Shown in pieces: positions 28,556-38,237 of a stretch of 64,000 nucleotides of DNA. Source of the DNA: an uncultured Acidimicrobiales bacterium (lineage in GTDB: Bacteria > Actinomycetota > Acidimicrobiia > Acidimicrobiales > Aldehydirespiratoraceae); assembly GCA_905480195.1 (NCBI GenBank), contig CAJQPN010000044.1, positions 12,162 to 76,161 on the forward strand. Reading direction: 5' to 3'. The translations under genes were made by a program, and so were the position numbers. Each line of letters begins with the position of its first letter. Position 1 is the first letter of the stretch. The notes under the pieces are model-generated. The model made no database searches, was not told the DNA's origin, and saw only the letters and a program-made list of their open reading frames with translations.

Positions 28556-29617
28556 GTGAAGTTGGGACTCGGCCTCGAGCTGTATCGCGCCAAGACGGTC
28601 GAGGTGCCGCTCGATCTGGTCTTGCTCGCAGAGCGGCTTGGATTCCACTCCGTGTGGACCGCCGAGGCCTACGGCGCCGATGCGCTCAGCCCACTGGCGT
28701 TCCTCGCTGCCCACACCGAGCAGATCAAACTCGGTACGGCGGTCGTGCAGCTCTCAGCGCGCACGCCGGCTGCCACCGCCATGCAGGCGATGACCATTGA
28801 TCATCTCGCAGGCGGGGGACGGGTCATCATCGGTCTCGGTGTCAGCGGCCCCCAGATCGTCGAGGGCTGGTACGGCCAGCCATGGGGGAGCCCTCACCGT
28901 CGCCTCCGCGACTATGTCGCCATCATGCGCAAGATCCTCGTTCGTGACGAACCCGTTGTGCACAACGGAGAGGAGCTTTCGCTTCCCTACACCGGGCCCG
29001 GGTCGATCGGGGAGGGCAAGCCGCTCAAATCGATCCTCCATCCGGCCGGTCACGTCGAGATCTGGATCGCCGCCGGTGGTCCGATGAACACCGCACTCGC
29101 TGCAGAGGTCGCTGACGGGTGGCTGCCGATGGGCTACGGCCCCGATGGCTGGTCATTGCATCACACCAACCTGGAGCGAGGATGGAGGCGCCGCGGCGGT
29201 CGCCCCCACGACTTTGATCTCATGGGCAACCTCACCATCGAAGTCACCGATGACGTGCAAGCGGCAATCGATCGCAGGAAGCCACTCACCGGCATGTATG
29301 TCGGCGGGATGGGGTCCGAGAACAACAACTTCCATCGCGACGCGATGGCCCGTCGCGGGTTTCCCGAGGCGGCGGCCCGCATCCAGGAGCTGTGGCTCGC
29401 GGGTCGCACAGACGAAGCGATCGCCGCTGTTCCCGACGACTACATCGATGCCGGAGCGCTGTTCGGCCCGGTCTCGCGGATCCGGGAACGCTGGGAAGAG
29501 GTCGTGCCTGCCGGTCTCACGGGGGTAATTCTTCGGACCGAAGACGACGAAGCCCTCGAGATCGCGGCCGATCTCACGGGCAGCCGAGACCGCACCGTGG
29601 ACACCACGGAGGAGTAG
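28556..29617 (+). CDS. LLM-class F420-dependent oxidoreductase
   Basis: WTAEAYGADA, ARTPAATAM, GLGVSGPQIVEGWYG. Confidence 0.9.
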   Translation: MKLGLGLELYRAKTVEVPLDLVLLAERLGFHSVWTAEAYGADALSPLAFLAAHTEQIKLGTAVVQLSARTPAATAMQAMTIDHLAGGGRVIIGLGVSGPQIVEGWYGQPWGSPHRRLRDYVAIMRKILVRDEPVVHNGEELSLPYTGPGSIGEGKPLKSILHPAGHVEIWIAAGGPMNTALAAEVADGWLPMGYGPDGWSLHHTNLERGWRRRGGRPHDFDLMGNLTIEVTDDVQAAIDRRKPLTGMYVGGMGSENNNFHRDAMARRGFPEAAARIQELWLAGRTDEAIAAVPDDYIDAGALFGPVSRIRERWEEVVPAGLTGVILRTEDDEALEIAADLTGSRDRTVDTTEE

Positions 29618-29619
29618 CC

Positions 29620-30411
29620 ATGAGCGACGTACTTATTTCGGTTACCGATGCCGGCGACGGGGTTCGTTACCTGACCCTCGACCGGCCCGAGAAGAAGAAT
29701 GCCATCTCCACGGCGATGCGCAGCCGCCTGCTTGCTGCACTCCAATCCCACGACCATGATCCAGATGTACGGGTGACGATTATCCGTGGTGCGGGTGACT
29801 GCTTTTCAGCGGGCTACGACCTGTCAGAGGGACTCATGGACGATCCGCCCTACCACTCTGCACCTGGTGATGGGGCGTGGACTCGCCAGGCCAGCGACGG
29901 CTGGATCTCGATTTGGGACCTCGCCAAGCCCGTGATCGCGCAGGTTCACGGGTATGCGATGGCCGGTGCGACCGAGCTTGCGACCGCATGTGATCTGATC
30001 TACGTCGCCGACGACGCAGTCATCTCGTATCCGGTCGTCCGCCTCGCCTCGCCCCCCGACTGGCAGTACCACGAGCCGCTGCTTGGTATGCGCCATGCAA
30101 TGGAGCTGCTGCTGACCGGCGACGGTATCGACGGCCATGAGGCGACGCGGATCGGCTGGGCCAACCGCGCGTACCCGGCCGAGGTGCTCGAAGCGTCGGT
30201 GCGTGAGATCGCCGGGCGCATCGCCGGAGTTGCCACCGACCTCACCCAGATCAAGAAGCGAATGGTCCACCGCCAGTTCGATGTGCGGGGTGGCCGTGCC
30301 GCAATCCGGGCCGGGCAAGAGTTCCAGGCCCTCGCCGGGCATCAGGACTCAGTTCAGGGGTTCCGAGCTGATCCGCTCGGTGCCATGAAGCGCGAAAACC
30401 GAAGTGGCTAA
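29620..30411 (+). CDS. enoyl-CoA hydratase/isomerase family protein
   Basis: LDRPEKKNA, FSAGYDL, KPVIAQVHGYAMAGA; ATG after GGAGG. Confidence 0.9.
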   Translation: MSDVLISVTDAGDGVRYLTLDRPEKKNAISTAMRSRLLAALQSHDHDPDVRVTIIRGAGDCFSAGYDLSEGLMDDPPYHSAPGDGAWTRQASDGWISIWDLAKPVIAQVHGYAMAGATELATACDLIYVADDAVISYPVVRLASPPDWQYHEPLLGMRHAMELLLTGDGIDGHEATRIGWANRAYPAEVLEASVREIAGRIAGVATDLTQIKKRMVHRQFDVRGGRAAIRAGQEFQALAGHQDSVQGFRADPLGAMKRENRSG

Positions 30412-30520
30412 ACCAAACCGGTGACCAGGGTTGGCGCGTTGATGCGTTGTGTTGATGCGCCGCTTGGGTGCGGTCGTCGTCGCCGTGGGACGACATCATC
30501 GAGAAATCTCGTCAACTTGG

Positions 30521-30549
30521 TTGCGCTTTGGCTGCACGCAAGGCAATGT
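30521..30549 (+). promoter_or_regulatory. candidate housekeeping-sigma promoter for the structured RNA
   Basis: TTGCGC-N17-CAATGT. Confidence 0.4.
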
Positions 30550-30555
30550 AGAGAC

Positions 30556-30800
30556 ACGAAACAACATGACACGACCTCAGTCGCGAAGGGCTGATCATTC
30601 GTCCCGTCATTCCTTCGCCCGGGCTGATCGCCCACGGGCCGTGACCTCTCCTCACCCCCCGGGAGAGGTCGGTCTCGATCAGCCCGATTCCGCGCCGGCT
30701 TGTTCATCGAGCCGGTACCCACACCCCCCGATGTGAGTGACGGGGTTCGGCCTCGGTTCGAGTGTCCCTCGTCGTAGGGGCACTCGAGCTGGGGCCTTCC
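30556..30800 (+). ncRNA. candidate structured ncRNA with two C6 loops (6C/Ms1-like)
   Basis: Nested helices 30601-12/30735-46, 30620-30/30676-86, 30643-51/30662-70 (loop TCACCCCCCG), 30695-701/30709-15, second C6 loop at 30724-29, 21-bp hairpin 30749-96; G.U pairs form only on the + strand. Confidence 0.7.
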
Positions 30801-31058
30801 CACTGCGGACGCAACGAGCCCACCCGCATCAGTAGCAGTGACCGAGAATGGAGCGTGGCTCTCGAGCACGCCGTGGACGGTGTCCGTGACCGTTGACCCA
30901 GTCGGAAAACCGACTACGACGATGGACGCGCCGTCGGCGCTCACGGCATCGCGGGCGCTGCTGAATTCACTTGCGATCCGGCTGGTTGCGGCCACGTTCC
31001 AACGGGTGGCCCCGATGAGTGGTTTCGCCACTCGGATCGTACGGGGCATGATCGGCGC

Positions 31059-33155
31059 ATGCCGAACGAGCCTGCGTCCGCTTCTTACCCTCGTCGCAAC
31101 GCCGTCACCCGTCGGTTCACACTGGGGGCGCCTCGCGATCTCCGGGTCGGGTCCGACGGCGCCCGGATTGCGTTCCTGCGTTCGAGTGGCCCAGAAGATC
31201 CCGTCAACTCCTTATGGGTCTTCGACGTAGAAACGCGAGAAGAACGCCTGGTTGCAGACCCGGCCTCCCTGGGCGCACAAGACGATGACCTGCCGCTCGA
31301 AGAGCGCGCACGCCGAGAGCGCGCTCGTGAGAGTGGCGGTGGGATCGTCGCGTACGACGCTGATGCGGAACTCACCCATGCCTGTTTCGCACTCGGCGGT
31401 CAGATCGGACGGGCCGACCTGCGGGCCGGGTCGGCGGAACTGCTGGTCACCGCTCCAGGAGGTTTCGATCCTCGGCTTTCCGCCGACGGGTCGGCGATCG
31501 CCTACGTCTGCGCAGATGCTCTGCGAGTCGTTGATGCCGACAGCGACCGTGAGGTGATCGGCGAATCGGGCGAAACCATCTCGTGGGGAGCAGCGGAGTT
31601 CATCGCCGGTGAAGAAATGGGGCGGACTCGCGGGTTCTGGTGGGCGCCCGACTCGCAGCGGCTCTTGGTCGAGCGTGTCGATGTTGCCCCGATCGACACC
31701 TGGCACGTCGCCGCACCGATCACCCCGTGGCAAGCGCCGCAGGCGATCCGGTACCCCGGCGCAGGGACGCCCAATGCCGAGGTTGCGTTGGCGGTGGTCG
31801 GACTGGACGGCAGCCGGCTCGATGTGGGCTGGAACGGTTTGGGCGAATGGGAGTATCTCGCCGACGCGTCATGGACGGGTGAGGGGCTGATCCTCACCGT
31901 CCAGACCCGCGATCAGCGAACCCTCGCCGTGCTCGATGTCGATCCTGACACTGGTGAGTGCGCCGAGCGGTACCGGATCGTCGACGACCACTGGGTCGAG
32001 CTCATTTCGGGTACGCCGCGTTTGCATGACGGCAAGCTCATCACCGTCGAGGACCGCGGAACTGCCCGTCGGCTCTGTGTCGACGGCAAGTCGGTCACCG
32101 GCGACGAATGGCAGGTGCGATCGGTGGTCGATATCGACGACGAGCGCCTGGTGATCCGTGCGTCGACCGACCCAACCACCGTCGATTTGGTCTCGGTCGG
32201 CTGGGACGGAGGCACGAAGGTGGAGACGAAGGGCGGCGGCGTGAACGGGGTCGCCATCGGCGGTGACGTGTGGGCGCTCACTCGGTCCGACATGGACGGC
32301 CGAGTGATTGGCGACATCATGATTGGCTCAGAGACGGTTGGAACGATCACCGACACGAGCGAGCGACCGGCAGGCGATCTTCATGTCACGTTCCACACCG
32401 TCGCTGATCGGGAGTTGAGGACTGCACTCGTGTTGCCGAGTAGATACGACGGGGTCGCGCCGTTGCCCGTACTGATGGATCCGTACGGTGGTCCCCACGC
32501 CCAACGAGTGCAGCGGGCCGCCGGATTGTTCCATGCGCCGCAGTGGTTCGCTGATCAGGGGTTCGCCGTGATCATCACCGACGGTCGCGGGACGCCCGGA
32601 CGGGGACCGGTCTTCGAGCGAGAAGTCAGCGGCGACCTCGCCGCACCCGTGCTCGACGATCAGGTCGCCGCCCTCCGGGCGCTGGCAGATGACCATCCAT
32701 TCCTCGACCTCGGTCGTGTGGCGATACGCGGCTGGTCGTTCGGCGGCTATCTCGCTGCGCTTGCCGTGCTGCGGCGACCCGATGTTTTCCACGCGGCCGT
32801 CGCCGGCGCACCGGTCACCGACTGGCGGCTGTACGACACCCATTACACGGAGCGTTACCTCGGCAATCCGAACGAGGAGCCGGAGAACTATGAGCGGACC
32901 GATCTGTGCGCAGACGTCGCCCGACTCGGAGAGCGCACGCTGCCACCGCTGATGCTGATCCACGGCCTCGCCGACGACAATGTCGTCGCTGCGCACACGC
33001 TGCAGTTGAGTCGCGCTCTGCTCGAGGCCGGTAAGCCCCACACGGTGCTGCCCCTGTCTGGGGTGACCCATATGACGCCGCAGGAGGAGGTTGCTGAAAA
33101 CCTGCTGTTGGTGCAACTTGTGTTCCTCCGCAAGGCTCTCGGGATCGAGACCTGA
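31059..33155 (+). CDS. S9 family peptidase (dipeptidyl peptidase IV-like)
   Basis: DPP-IV N-terminal propeller (EEMGRTRGFWWAPD), YGGPHAQ, GWSFGG, HGLADDNV, H near C-terminus. Confidence 0.93.
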   Translation: MPNEPASASYPRRNAVTRRFTLGAPRDLRVGSDGARIAFLRSSGPEDPVNSLWVFDVETREERLVADPASLGAQDDDLPLEERARRERARESGGGIVAYDADAELTHACFALGGQIGRADLRAGSAELLVTAPGGFDPRLSADGSAIAYVCADALRVVDADSDREVIGESGETISWGAAEFIAGEEMGRTRGFWWAPDSQRLLVERVDVAPIDTWHVAAPITPWQAPQAIRYPGAGTPNAEVALAVVGLDGSRLDVGWNGLGEWEYLADASWTGEGLILTVQTRDQRTLAVLDVDPDTGECAERYRIVDDHWVELISGTPRLHDGKLITVEDRGTARRLCVDGKSVTGDEWQVRSVVDIDDERLVIRASTDPTTVDLVSVGWDGGTKVETKGGGVNGVAIGGDVWALTRSDMDGRVIGDIMIGSETVGTITDTSERPAGDLHVTFHTVADRELRTALVLPSRYDGVAPLPVLMDPYGGPHAQRVQRAAGLFHAPQWFADQGFAVIITDGRGTPGRGPVFEREVSGDLAAPVLDDQVAALRALADDHPFLDLGRVAIRGWSFGGYLAALAVLRRPDVFHAAVAGAPVTDWRLYDTHYTERYLGNPNEEPENYERTDLCADVARLGERTLPPLMLIHGLADDNVVAAHTLQLSRALLEAGKPHTVLPLSGVTHMTPQEEVAENLLLVQLVFLRKALGIET

Positions 33156-33209
33156 GCGACACTGGCCGGTTGAGGGGAACCAGGAGCGTCGATGGGGAAC
33201 GCACACCAT

Positions 33210-33260
33210 GACTGTTGAGATGACGGGACTGTTGAGATGGCGGGACTGTTGAGATGACGG
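33210..33260 (+). repeat. 17-bp tandem repeat x3 (GACTGTTGAGATG[A/G]CGG)
   Basis: Copies at 33210, 33227 and 33244; one substitution. Confidence 0.95.
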
Positions 33261-33410
33261 TTGAGCGGTGAAGTCTGGGACGCCTTCCGCGGTCAACTGA
33301 AGGCTGCCGGTCGGATCGTTGCGCATGAGACAGCGGTCTGTGACCCGCATGATCCTCATGGGCAACACACAGGTGGCTTACCCGACGATCGAAGCACTTG
33401 AAGCGTCTTG
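33261..33410 (+). pseudogene. possible decayed gene remnant
   Basis: Frame-broken peptides LSGEVWDAFRGQLKAAGRIV and VTRMILMG recall the N-terminus of DUF1214-type actinobacterial proteins (from memory, unverified). Confidence 0.3.
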
Positions 33411-33570
33411 ATCCGGTCGACCCTTGACGGACGACCCGACCAGCCTGCACTCTTTACCGGCCTCGGCACTGCGGGTTCGCCCGAGTGTGGATGCCCCCGG
33501 AGCTACGGCTTCGGTTTGCGGGGCGGTGGTATGCGCTCGTGGGGGAGGAGGTGCCTACCACCGCCGCCGT

Positions 33571-34368
33571 TCACGTTGTGGTCCATCCGCCCGACACTTC
33601 GAGAACGTGACCGTTTACGAAACTCGACGCGTCGCTCGCCAGGTAGAGCATGGCGCCGTCGAGTTCGCCGTCGACGCCGGGACGGCCCATCGCCGACCCT
33701 GCGTCCATGTAGGTCCGGCCGCCGCCGTCGCTGAACATGGCGTCGTTCATCTCGGTTTCGAACCAGCCAGGCGCGATCGCGTTGACGCGCACGCCTTTGC
33801 GACCCCACTGCGACGCGAGTTCGCGGGTGAGGTTGTGGAGGCCTCCTTTGGCAGCGGCGTAGCCAGCGACGCGGAGTTTGCCGCCACCGACCTCTCCGAG
33901 GATCGAGCCGATATTGATGATCGACGCCGGACGGCCCTTGGCGATCGCATCGCGGGCGACGTCGCGTGCCATGGCGAACGGCGCTACGAGATCGATCTCG
34001 ATCTCGTAGCGAAAGTCGTCGGTGCTCATGTCGACCGCAGGAATGACCTGGGAGATCCCGGCATTATTGACGAGGACGTCGACTCGGCCGGCGGCATCGA
34101 TCGCGTCGGCCACGCAACGTTCTGGGCCGCCTGGTGCGGTGAGGTCGACCTCGATCGCGTGAGCACGACCCGAACCATGGGTTTGGTCGAGTTCAGCGAC
34201 GAGCGCAGCGAGCCGGTCGGCTCGTCGGGCGGAGAGGATGACCGTCGCTCCGGCACCGGCGGCAACCCGCGCGAATCGGGCACCAAGGCCGGAACTGGCG
34301 CCGGTCACGAGAACGACTCGTTCATCGAGCCGGAACGAGGTGGTCGGGTCGGCGGGCGTGTCGGGCAT
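33571..34368 (-). CDS. short-chain dehydrogenase/reductase
   Basis: TGASSGLG, NNAG, YAAAK, NAIAPG. Confidence 0.93.
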   Translation of the reverse strand: MPDTPADPTTSFRLDERVVLVTGASSGLGARFARVAAGAGATVILSARRADRLAALVAELDQTHGSGRAHAIEVDLTAPGGPERCVADAIDAAGRVDVLVNNAGISQVIPAVDMSTDDFRYEIEIDLVAPFAMARDVARDAIAKGRPASIINIGSILGEVGGGKLRVAGYAAAKGGLHNLTRELASQWGRKGVRVNAIAPGWFETEMNDAMFSDGGGRTYMDAGSAMGRPGVDGELDGAMLYLASDASSFVNGHVLEVSGGWTTT

Positions 34369-34497
34369 GGTCACCAGTCTGGCCCTTTCAAGCGGTTCGT
34401 TTCGAGCCGGTGTGCCTCGCGTCGCCATGTTTTGAGACGGCATGCCTCGAGACCTCGCTCGGTGTCGTGCGTTTCGGAGGTCGGCACCGACGCGGTG

Positions 34498-35121
34498 TCA
34501 GTGCAACCCGAGCGTGATGTGATGGTCGGCGACGTCGGCATCGGTCGGGTCGTGAGTGACCCAGATCACCCGGGGCGTGTCGAGCGTAAGGAGCAATTGA
34601 CGGATGTCGGCGGTGCCGGCCTCGTCGATCGAGCCGAGTGGTTCGTCGAGCAGGATCGTCGATGCACGTGTGGCCATAGCTGTTGCGATGGCGGTCCGTT
34701 GGGCTTGGCCGCCCGACAGGCGGTGGGGGCGGAGATCGAGGAGGTGTCCGGCACCGACGCGTTCGGCGAACGGTCGCGCCATCGCCGAGGCCTCGGTGGC
34801 GTTGTGACCTCTGCGACGCAAGGGGTAAGCGATGTTCTGGAGCACCGTCAGATGGGGAAACAAGCGGGGTTGTTGGAACGTCATCGAGACGTCGCGGGTC
34901 TCGGCGGGAACGAAGATGCCCGTTGCTCGGTCGTCGAGCACCACGCCGTCGAGTGTGAGGCAACCCTCGTCGAGCGCTTCGAGTCCAGCCACCAACCGCA
35001 GGATCGACGACTTGCCGGCACCGTTTGGTCCGGTGATGGCGGTGATACCGAGCGGTAGCTCGAGATCGAGTTTGAGTTCGAGGGTTCCTCGGCGCAGGGT
35101 GCCGTCGATTCGAAGGTTCAT
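34498..35121 (-). CDS. modC: molybdate ABC transporter ATPase
   Basis: GPNGAGKS, LSGGQAQR, LLDEP, VTHD; ATGA overlap with modB; 207 aa. Confidence 0.85.
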   Translation of the reverse strand: MNLRIDGTLRRGTLELKLDLELPLGITAITGPNGAGKSSILRLVAGLEALDEGCLTLDGVVLDDRATGIFVPAETRDVSMTFQQPRLFPHLTVLQNIAYPLRRRGHNATEASAMARPFAERVGAGHLLDLRPHRLSGGQAQRTAIATAMATRASTILLDEPLGSIDEAGTADIRQLLLTLDTPRVIWVTHDPTDADVADHHITLGLH

Positions 35122-35906
35122 CGTGTGAACCACCGACCTCGCAGCGCCACGAGCACGGCGAGACTCACGCCGAGCAGGAGCACGCTCACGGCCACCGCCG
35201 ATGCGGGATCGGACTCGAGGGTGAGAAAGATCTCGAGGGGCAGCGTTCGGGTACGGCCCGCCAGGTTGCCAGCGAACGTGATCGTCGCGCCGAATTCGCC
35301 GAGGGCACGGGCCCAGGCGAGCGCCAGGCCCGCGAGGATCGCGTCCCGCGATGTGGGAATCGTGACCGTCAGCAGCCGGGTCAACGGTTCGGCACCGGCA
35401 ACCGCTGCTGCTTCCTCGAGTTCGGTGCCGGCCTGGCGCAGGGCCGCTTCGACGGTCGTGACGAAGAAGGGCAGGGCGACAAATGTCGCTGCCACGATTG
35501 CGCCGGCTGTGCTGAACGGGAGCGTGATCCCGAACCACGCATCGAGCCACTGCCCGATCAAGCCGCGCCGACCGAGCGCAAAGAGCAGTGCAGTGCCGCC
35601 GACGACCGGTGGCAGCACCATGGGGACGAGTACAGCGGCTCGCACGATTCCGACCAGTCGTCCGTCGTGGCGGGCGAGCAGCCATGCGAGCGGCAGGCCG
35701 AGCACCAGGCTCAGTGCTGCTGCGACGATGCTGACGACCAGCGAGACACGGATCGCCTCGAGAACTGTTTCGCTTCCGAGTCGTTCGAGCAGTGACGACC
35801 ATGGCGCACGTTGCAGCAGGCCCGCGATGGGGACGGTGACGAGTGCGACCCCGAGTCCGGCCGGGGCGAGAATCGCAAATGGTGGACGACGCGACGGAGA
35901 GATCAC
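35118..35906 (-). CDS. modB: molybdate ABC transporter permease
   Basis: PMVLPPVVGG, ARALGEFGATITFAGN, TRTLPL. Confidence 0.93.
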   Translation of the reverse strand: MISPSRRPPFAILAPAGLGVALVTVPIAGLLQRAPWSSLLERLGSETVLEAIRVSLVVSIVAAALSLVLGLPLAWLLARHDGRLVGIVRAAVLVPMVLPPVVGGTALLFALGRRGLIGQWLDAWFGITLPFSTAGAIVAATFVALPFFVTTVEAALRQAGTELEEAAAVAGAEPLTRLLTVTIPTSRDAILAGLALAWARALGEFGATITFAGNLAGRTRTLPLEIFLTLESDPASAVAVSVLLLGVSLAVLVALRGRWFTR

Positions 35907-36637
35907 GGGCCCCAACCCGAGTCGATGAGGATGCGCTTGCCGGCCCCGCTTGCGAGCCAGCGGAGGATCTCCATACCGCGTTCGTTGCCGCTACCCCGGT
36001 ACTCGTTGACGAAGGCGTCGAGGTCGTCGACCGGTATGACCTCGAGACCGGCGGCTCGCGCATCGGATCGGTAGACGAGGGCTGCGTCGATCTCGCCGGC
36101 GAGGAGCTTGGCCGTGAGCGCCCTGGCACTGGTTTCTTCAGTGTCGGGGGCTGGGGTAACACCGAGCGCTCTGGTGACGGCTGTCGCGAGCCGCCCACAC
36201 GGGACTTCGACTGCGCAGGAGCCGATCACCAAGTCGGCATCTTCGAGTGCCTCCAAACCTCTCACGTCGCCCGGGTTCCCTGCGGCCACTGCCAGGACGA
36301 GCACGTTAGATGCGATCGATTCTTCGCCGGGCCAGGTGACGTTGGCGGCCCGCGCCGCGTCGAACGTCGTGAGATCGGCGGTGATGAGCGCATCGGCAGG
36401 TGCACCGTCGACGAGTTGGGCCACCAACGTTTGACTCCCGGCGAACGCCCACTCGACCGGCCCGATCCCGGCTGCTGCGAGCCCGGCGTCGAGTTCAGCT
36501 TCGACCGGAGCGAACGACGATGGCGCGAACACGAGGCTTACCGCATCGTTGGTCGGCGAGGCGAGCCAGAACACGGCGAAGGCGAAGAGGGTCGCGAGCG
36601 CGACGAGACCGAGGAGCAGGGGAGTGCGGCGGTTCAC
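35903..36637 (-). CDS. modA: molybdate ABC substrate-binding protein
   Basis: FAGSQTL..GAPADALITAD, VPCG, GEIDAALVYRSD. Confidence 0.85.
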   Translation of the reverse strand: MNRRTPLLLGLVALATLFAFAVFWLASPTNDAVSLVFAPSSFAPVEAELDAGLAAAGIGPVEWAFAGSQTLVAQLVDGAPADALITADLTTFDAARAANVTWPGEESIASNVLVLAVAAGNPGDVRGLEALEDADLVIGSCAVEVPCGRLATAVTRALGVTPAPDTEETSARALTAKLLAGEIDAALVYRSDARAAGLEVIPVDDLDAFVNEYRGSGNERGMEILRWLASGAGKRILIDSGWGP

Positions 36638-37026
36638 GTGGCGCGTTCGATGACGACGTTGGTGGACTTGATCGAGGCGACCGCGGGCACGCCGGGTTCG
36701 AGGCCCAGTGCGTCGACCGCTTCAGCCGAGATCAGCGAAACGACCCGATGCGGACCGGCCTGGATCTCGACCTGGGCCATGACGGTGTCTCGCACGACGC
36801 GGGTGACGAGCCCAGGAAATCGGTTGCGGGCAGAGACGGAGTCGGCGTCGTCGACCGGTGCGTCGCCGAGCTCGAGTGCAAGTCGGGCCAATTCGGGGCC
36901 CTCGATCTCGCGCTGGCCCCCTTCGGTGCGAACCGTTTCGACACGGCCCTGGTCGGCCCACCGTCGGACGGTATCGGGGCTCACCCCGAGCAGTTGCCCA
37001 GCTTTTCCCAGTCGATAACGGTGCAT
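36634..37026 (-). CDS. HTH + TOBE molybdate-responsive regulator
   Basis: LLGVSPDTVRRW (MerR/excisionase-like HTH), SARNRFPGLV..IKSTNV (TOBE). Confidence 0.9.
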   Translation of the reverse strand: MHRYRLGKAGQLLGVSPDTVRRWADQGRVETVRTEGGQREIEGPELARLALELGDAPVDDADSVSARNRFPGLVTRVVRDTVMAQVEIQAGPHRVVSLISAEAVDALGLEPGVPAVASIKSTNVVIERAT

Positions 37027-37112
37027 GCACCTAAATCTATGTAAAAACCTGGTCTTTGCCCATATTGAGTGGATCCACCGACACTGTGGGCCTCACGCGT
37101 AGCGTCGTCGCT

Positions 37113-38198
37113 ATGAGCGTTCGTTTCCAGGACTCCGACAGTGCCGCCCTCCTCACCGACGCCTGCGGTATCGAACCCACCTACACCTGCGAGAAAATCC
37201 TCGAGTGGACCGATAGCGAGTTCGTTGCGGTCGCAGCGGAGTGGGTGCTTGACCGCCCAATCCGGATGCTGTTGATCGGGATCGGCGCGTGGATCATTGT
37301 CCGAATCCTGCAGCGGGCCGTGATGCGATTTGTCAAGACGGTGGCAAACCCGCCTCGCAAGGCCCTCGATCAGCTACGCGAACGAGGACCGGGTCGGGCC
37401 CCGATCGAGGAAGCGACGAGGGCGAGGGCGGAGGCGCGCGCCGAAACGATCGGCCTCGTGCTCCGCAGCATCGTCACCGCAGTGGTGTGGAGCATCGCGG
37501 CGCTGCTGATTCTCGGCCAACTCGAGATCGATCTTGCGCCGCTGATCGCCGGTGCCGGCATCGGTGGTCTCGCACTCGGCTTCGGTGCCCAGTCGATCGT
37601 GAAGGACTTCCTATCGGGGCTCTTCATGTTGATTGAGGATCAGTACGGCGTTGGCGACGTGATCGACATCGGTCCGGCAATCGGCACCGTTGAAGAGGTC
37701 TCGCTTCGTTCCACGACCTTGCGTGACGTGAAAGGCACGGTCTGGCACATCCCGAACGGCGAGATCACCCGAGTGGGCAACTACAGCCAACTGTGGTCGC
37801 GAGCGGTGATCGACGTCGAAGTGGCCTACGACGTCGACCTTCGGTTCGCGCAAGGAGTCATTCAGCGCGTCGCCGACGAGATGTGGGAAGACCCTGAATG
37901 GGGCGGTGACGAACTGATGGAGCGGCCGGAGGTCTGGGGTATCCAGAGCCTCGGCGCCAGTGGGATCGCGATCCGGCTCGCAGTCAAGACCGAGCCGTCC
38001 ATGCAGTGGGCGACCGAACGCGAGCTGCGGTTGCGGCTCAAGGAAGCGCTCGACGAGGCCGGGATCGAGATCCCGTTCCCACAGCAGACCGTGTGGTTCC
38101 GCCACCAGGGCGATCATCCGATTGCGTCGCCACCCGACCCGTCCGTTGTCGAGACGCACGAGATGGCCGAGGTGACCGACGACGCCGCGAGCGACTGA
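37113..38198 (+). CDS. small-conductance mechanosensitive channel (MscS family)
   Basis: GLALGFGAQSIVKDFLSG, VGDVI, GTVEEV, IPNGEI, IEIPFPQ. Confidence 0.93.
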   Translation: MSVRFQDSDSAALLTDACGIEPTYTCEKILEWTDSEFVAVAAEWVLDRPIRMLLIGIGAWIIVRILQRAVMRFVKTVANPPRKALDQLRERGPGRAPIEEATRARAEARAETIGLVLRSIVTAVVWSIAALLILGQLEIDLAPLIAGAGIGGLALGFGAQSIVKDFLSGLFMLIEDQYGVGDVIDIGPAIGTVEEVSLRSTTLRDVKGTVWHIPNGEITRVGNYSQLWSRAVIDVEVAYDVDLRFAQGVIQRVADEMWEDPEWGGDELMERPEVWGIQSLGASGIAIRLAVKTEPSMQWATERELRLRLKEALDEAGIEIPFPQQTVWFRHQGDHPIASPPDPSVVETHEMAEVTDDAASD

Positions 38199-38237
38199 GG
38201 TTTGACGAGGCCGCCACGAACTGGTGCGCTTACGTTC

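Noticed and set aside
30408-31049. 213-aa minus-strand ORF (and 30449-30736 +) filling the gap before the S9 peptidase
   Set aside because: No recognisable motifs, and it crosses the strongly paired RNA-like region. The 30800-31049 part remains unexplained.
33210-33260. 17-bp repeats as a mini CRISPR array
   Set aside because: Copies are directly adjacent with no spacers, too short, and there are no cas genes.
33424-35058. 544-aa plus-strand ORF
   Set aside because: Antisense shadow of the SDR and modC genes, typical of high-GC DNA; the same applies to 62590-63960, 20268-21455 and 41378-42649.
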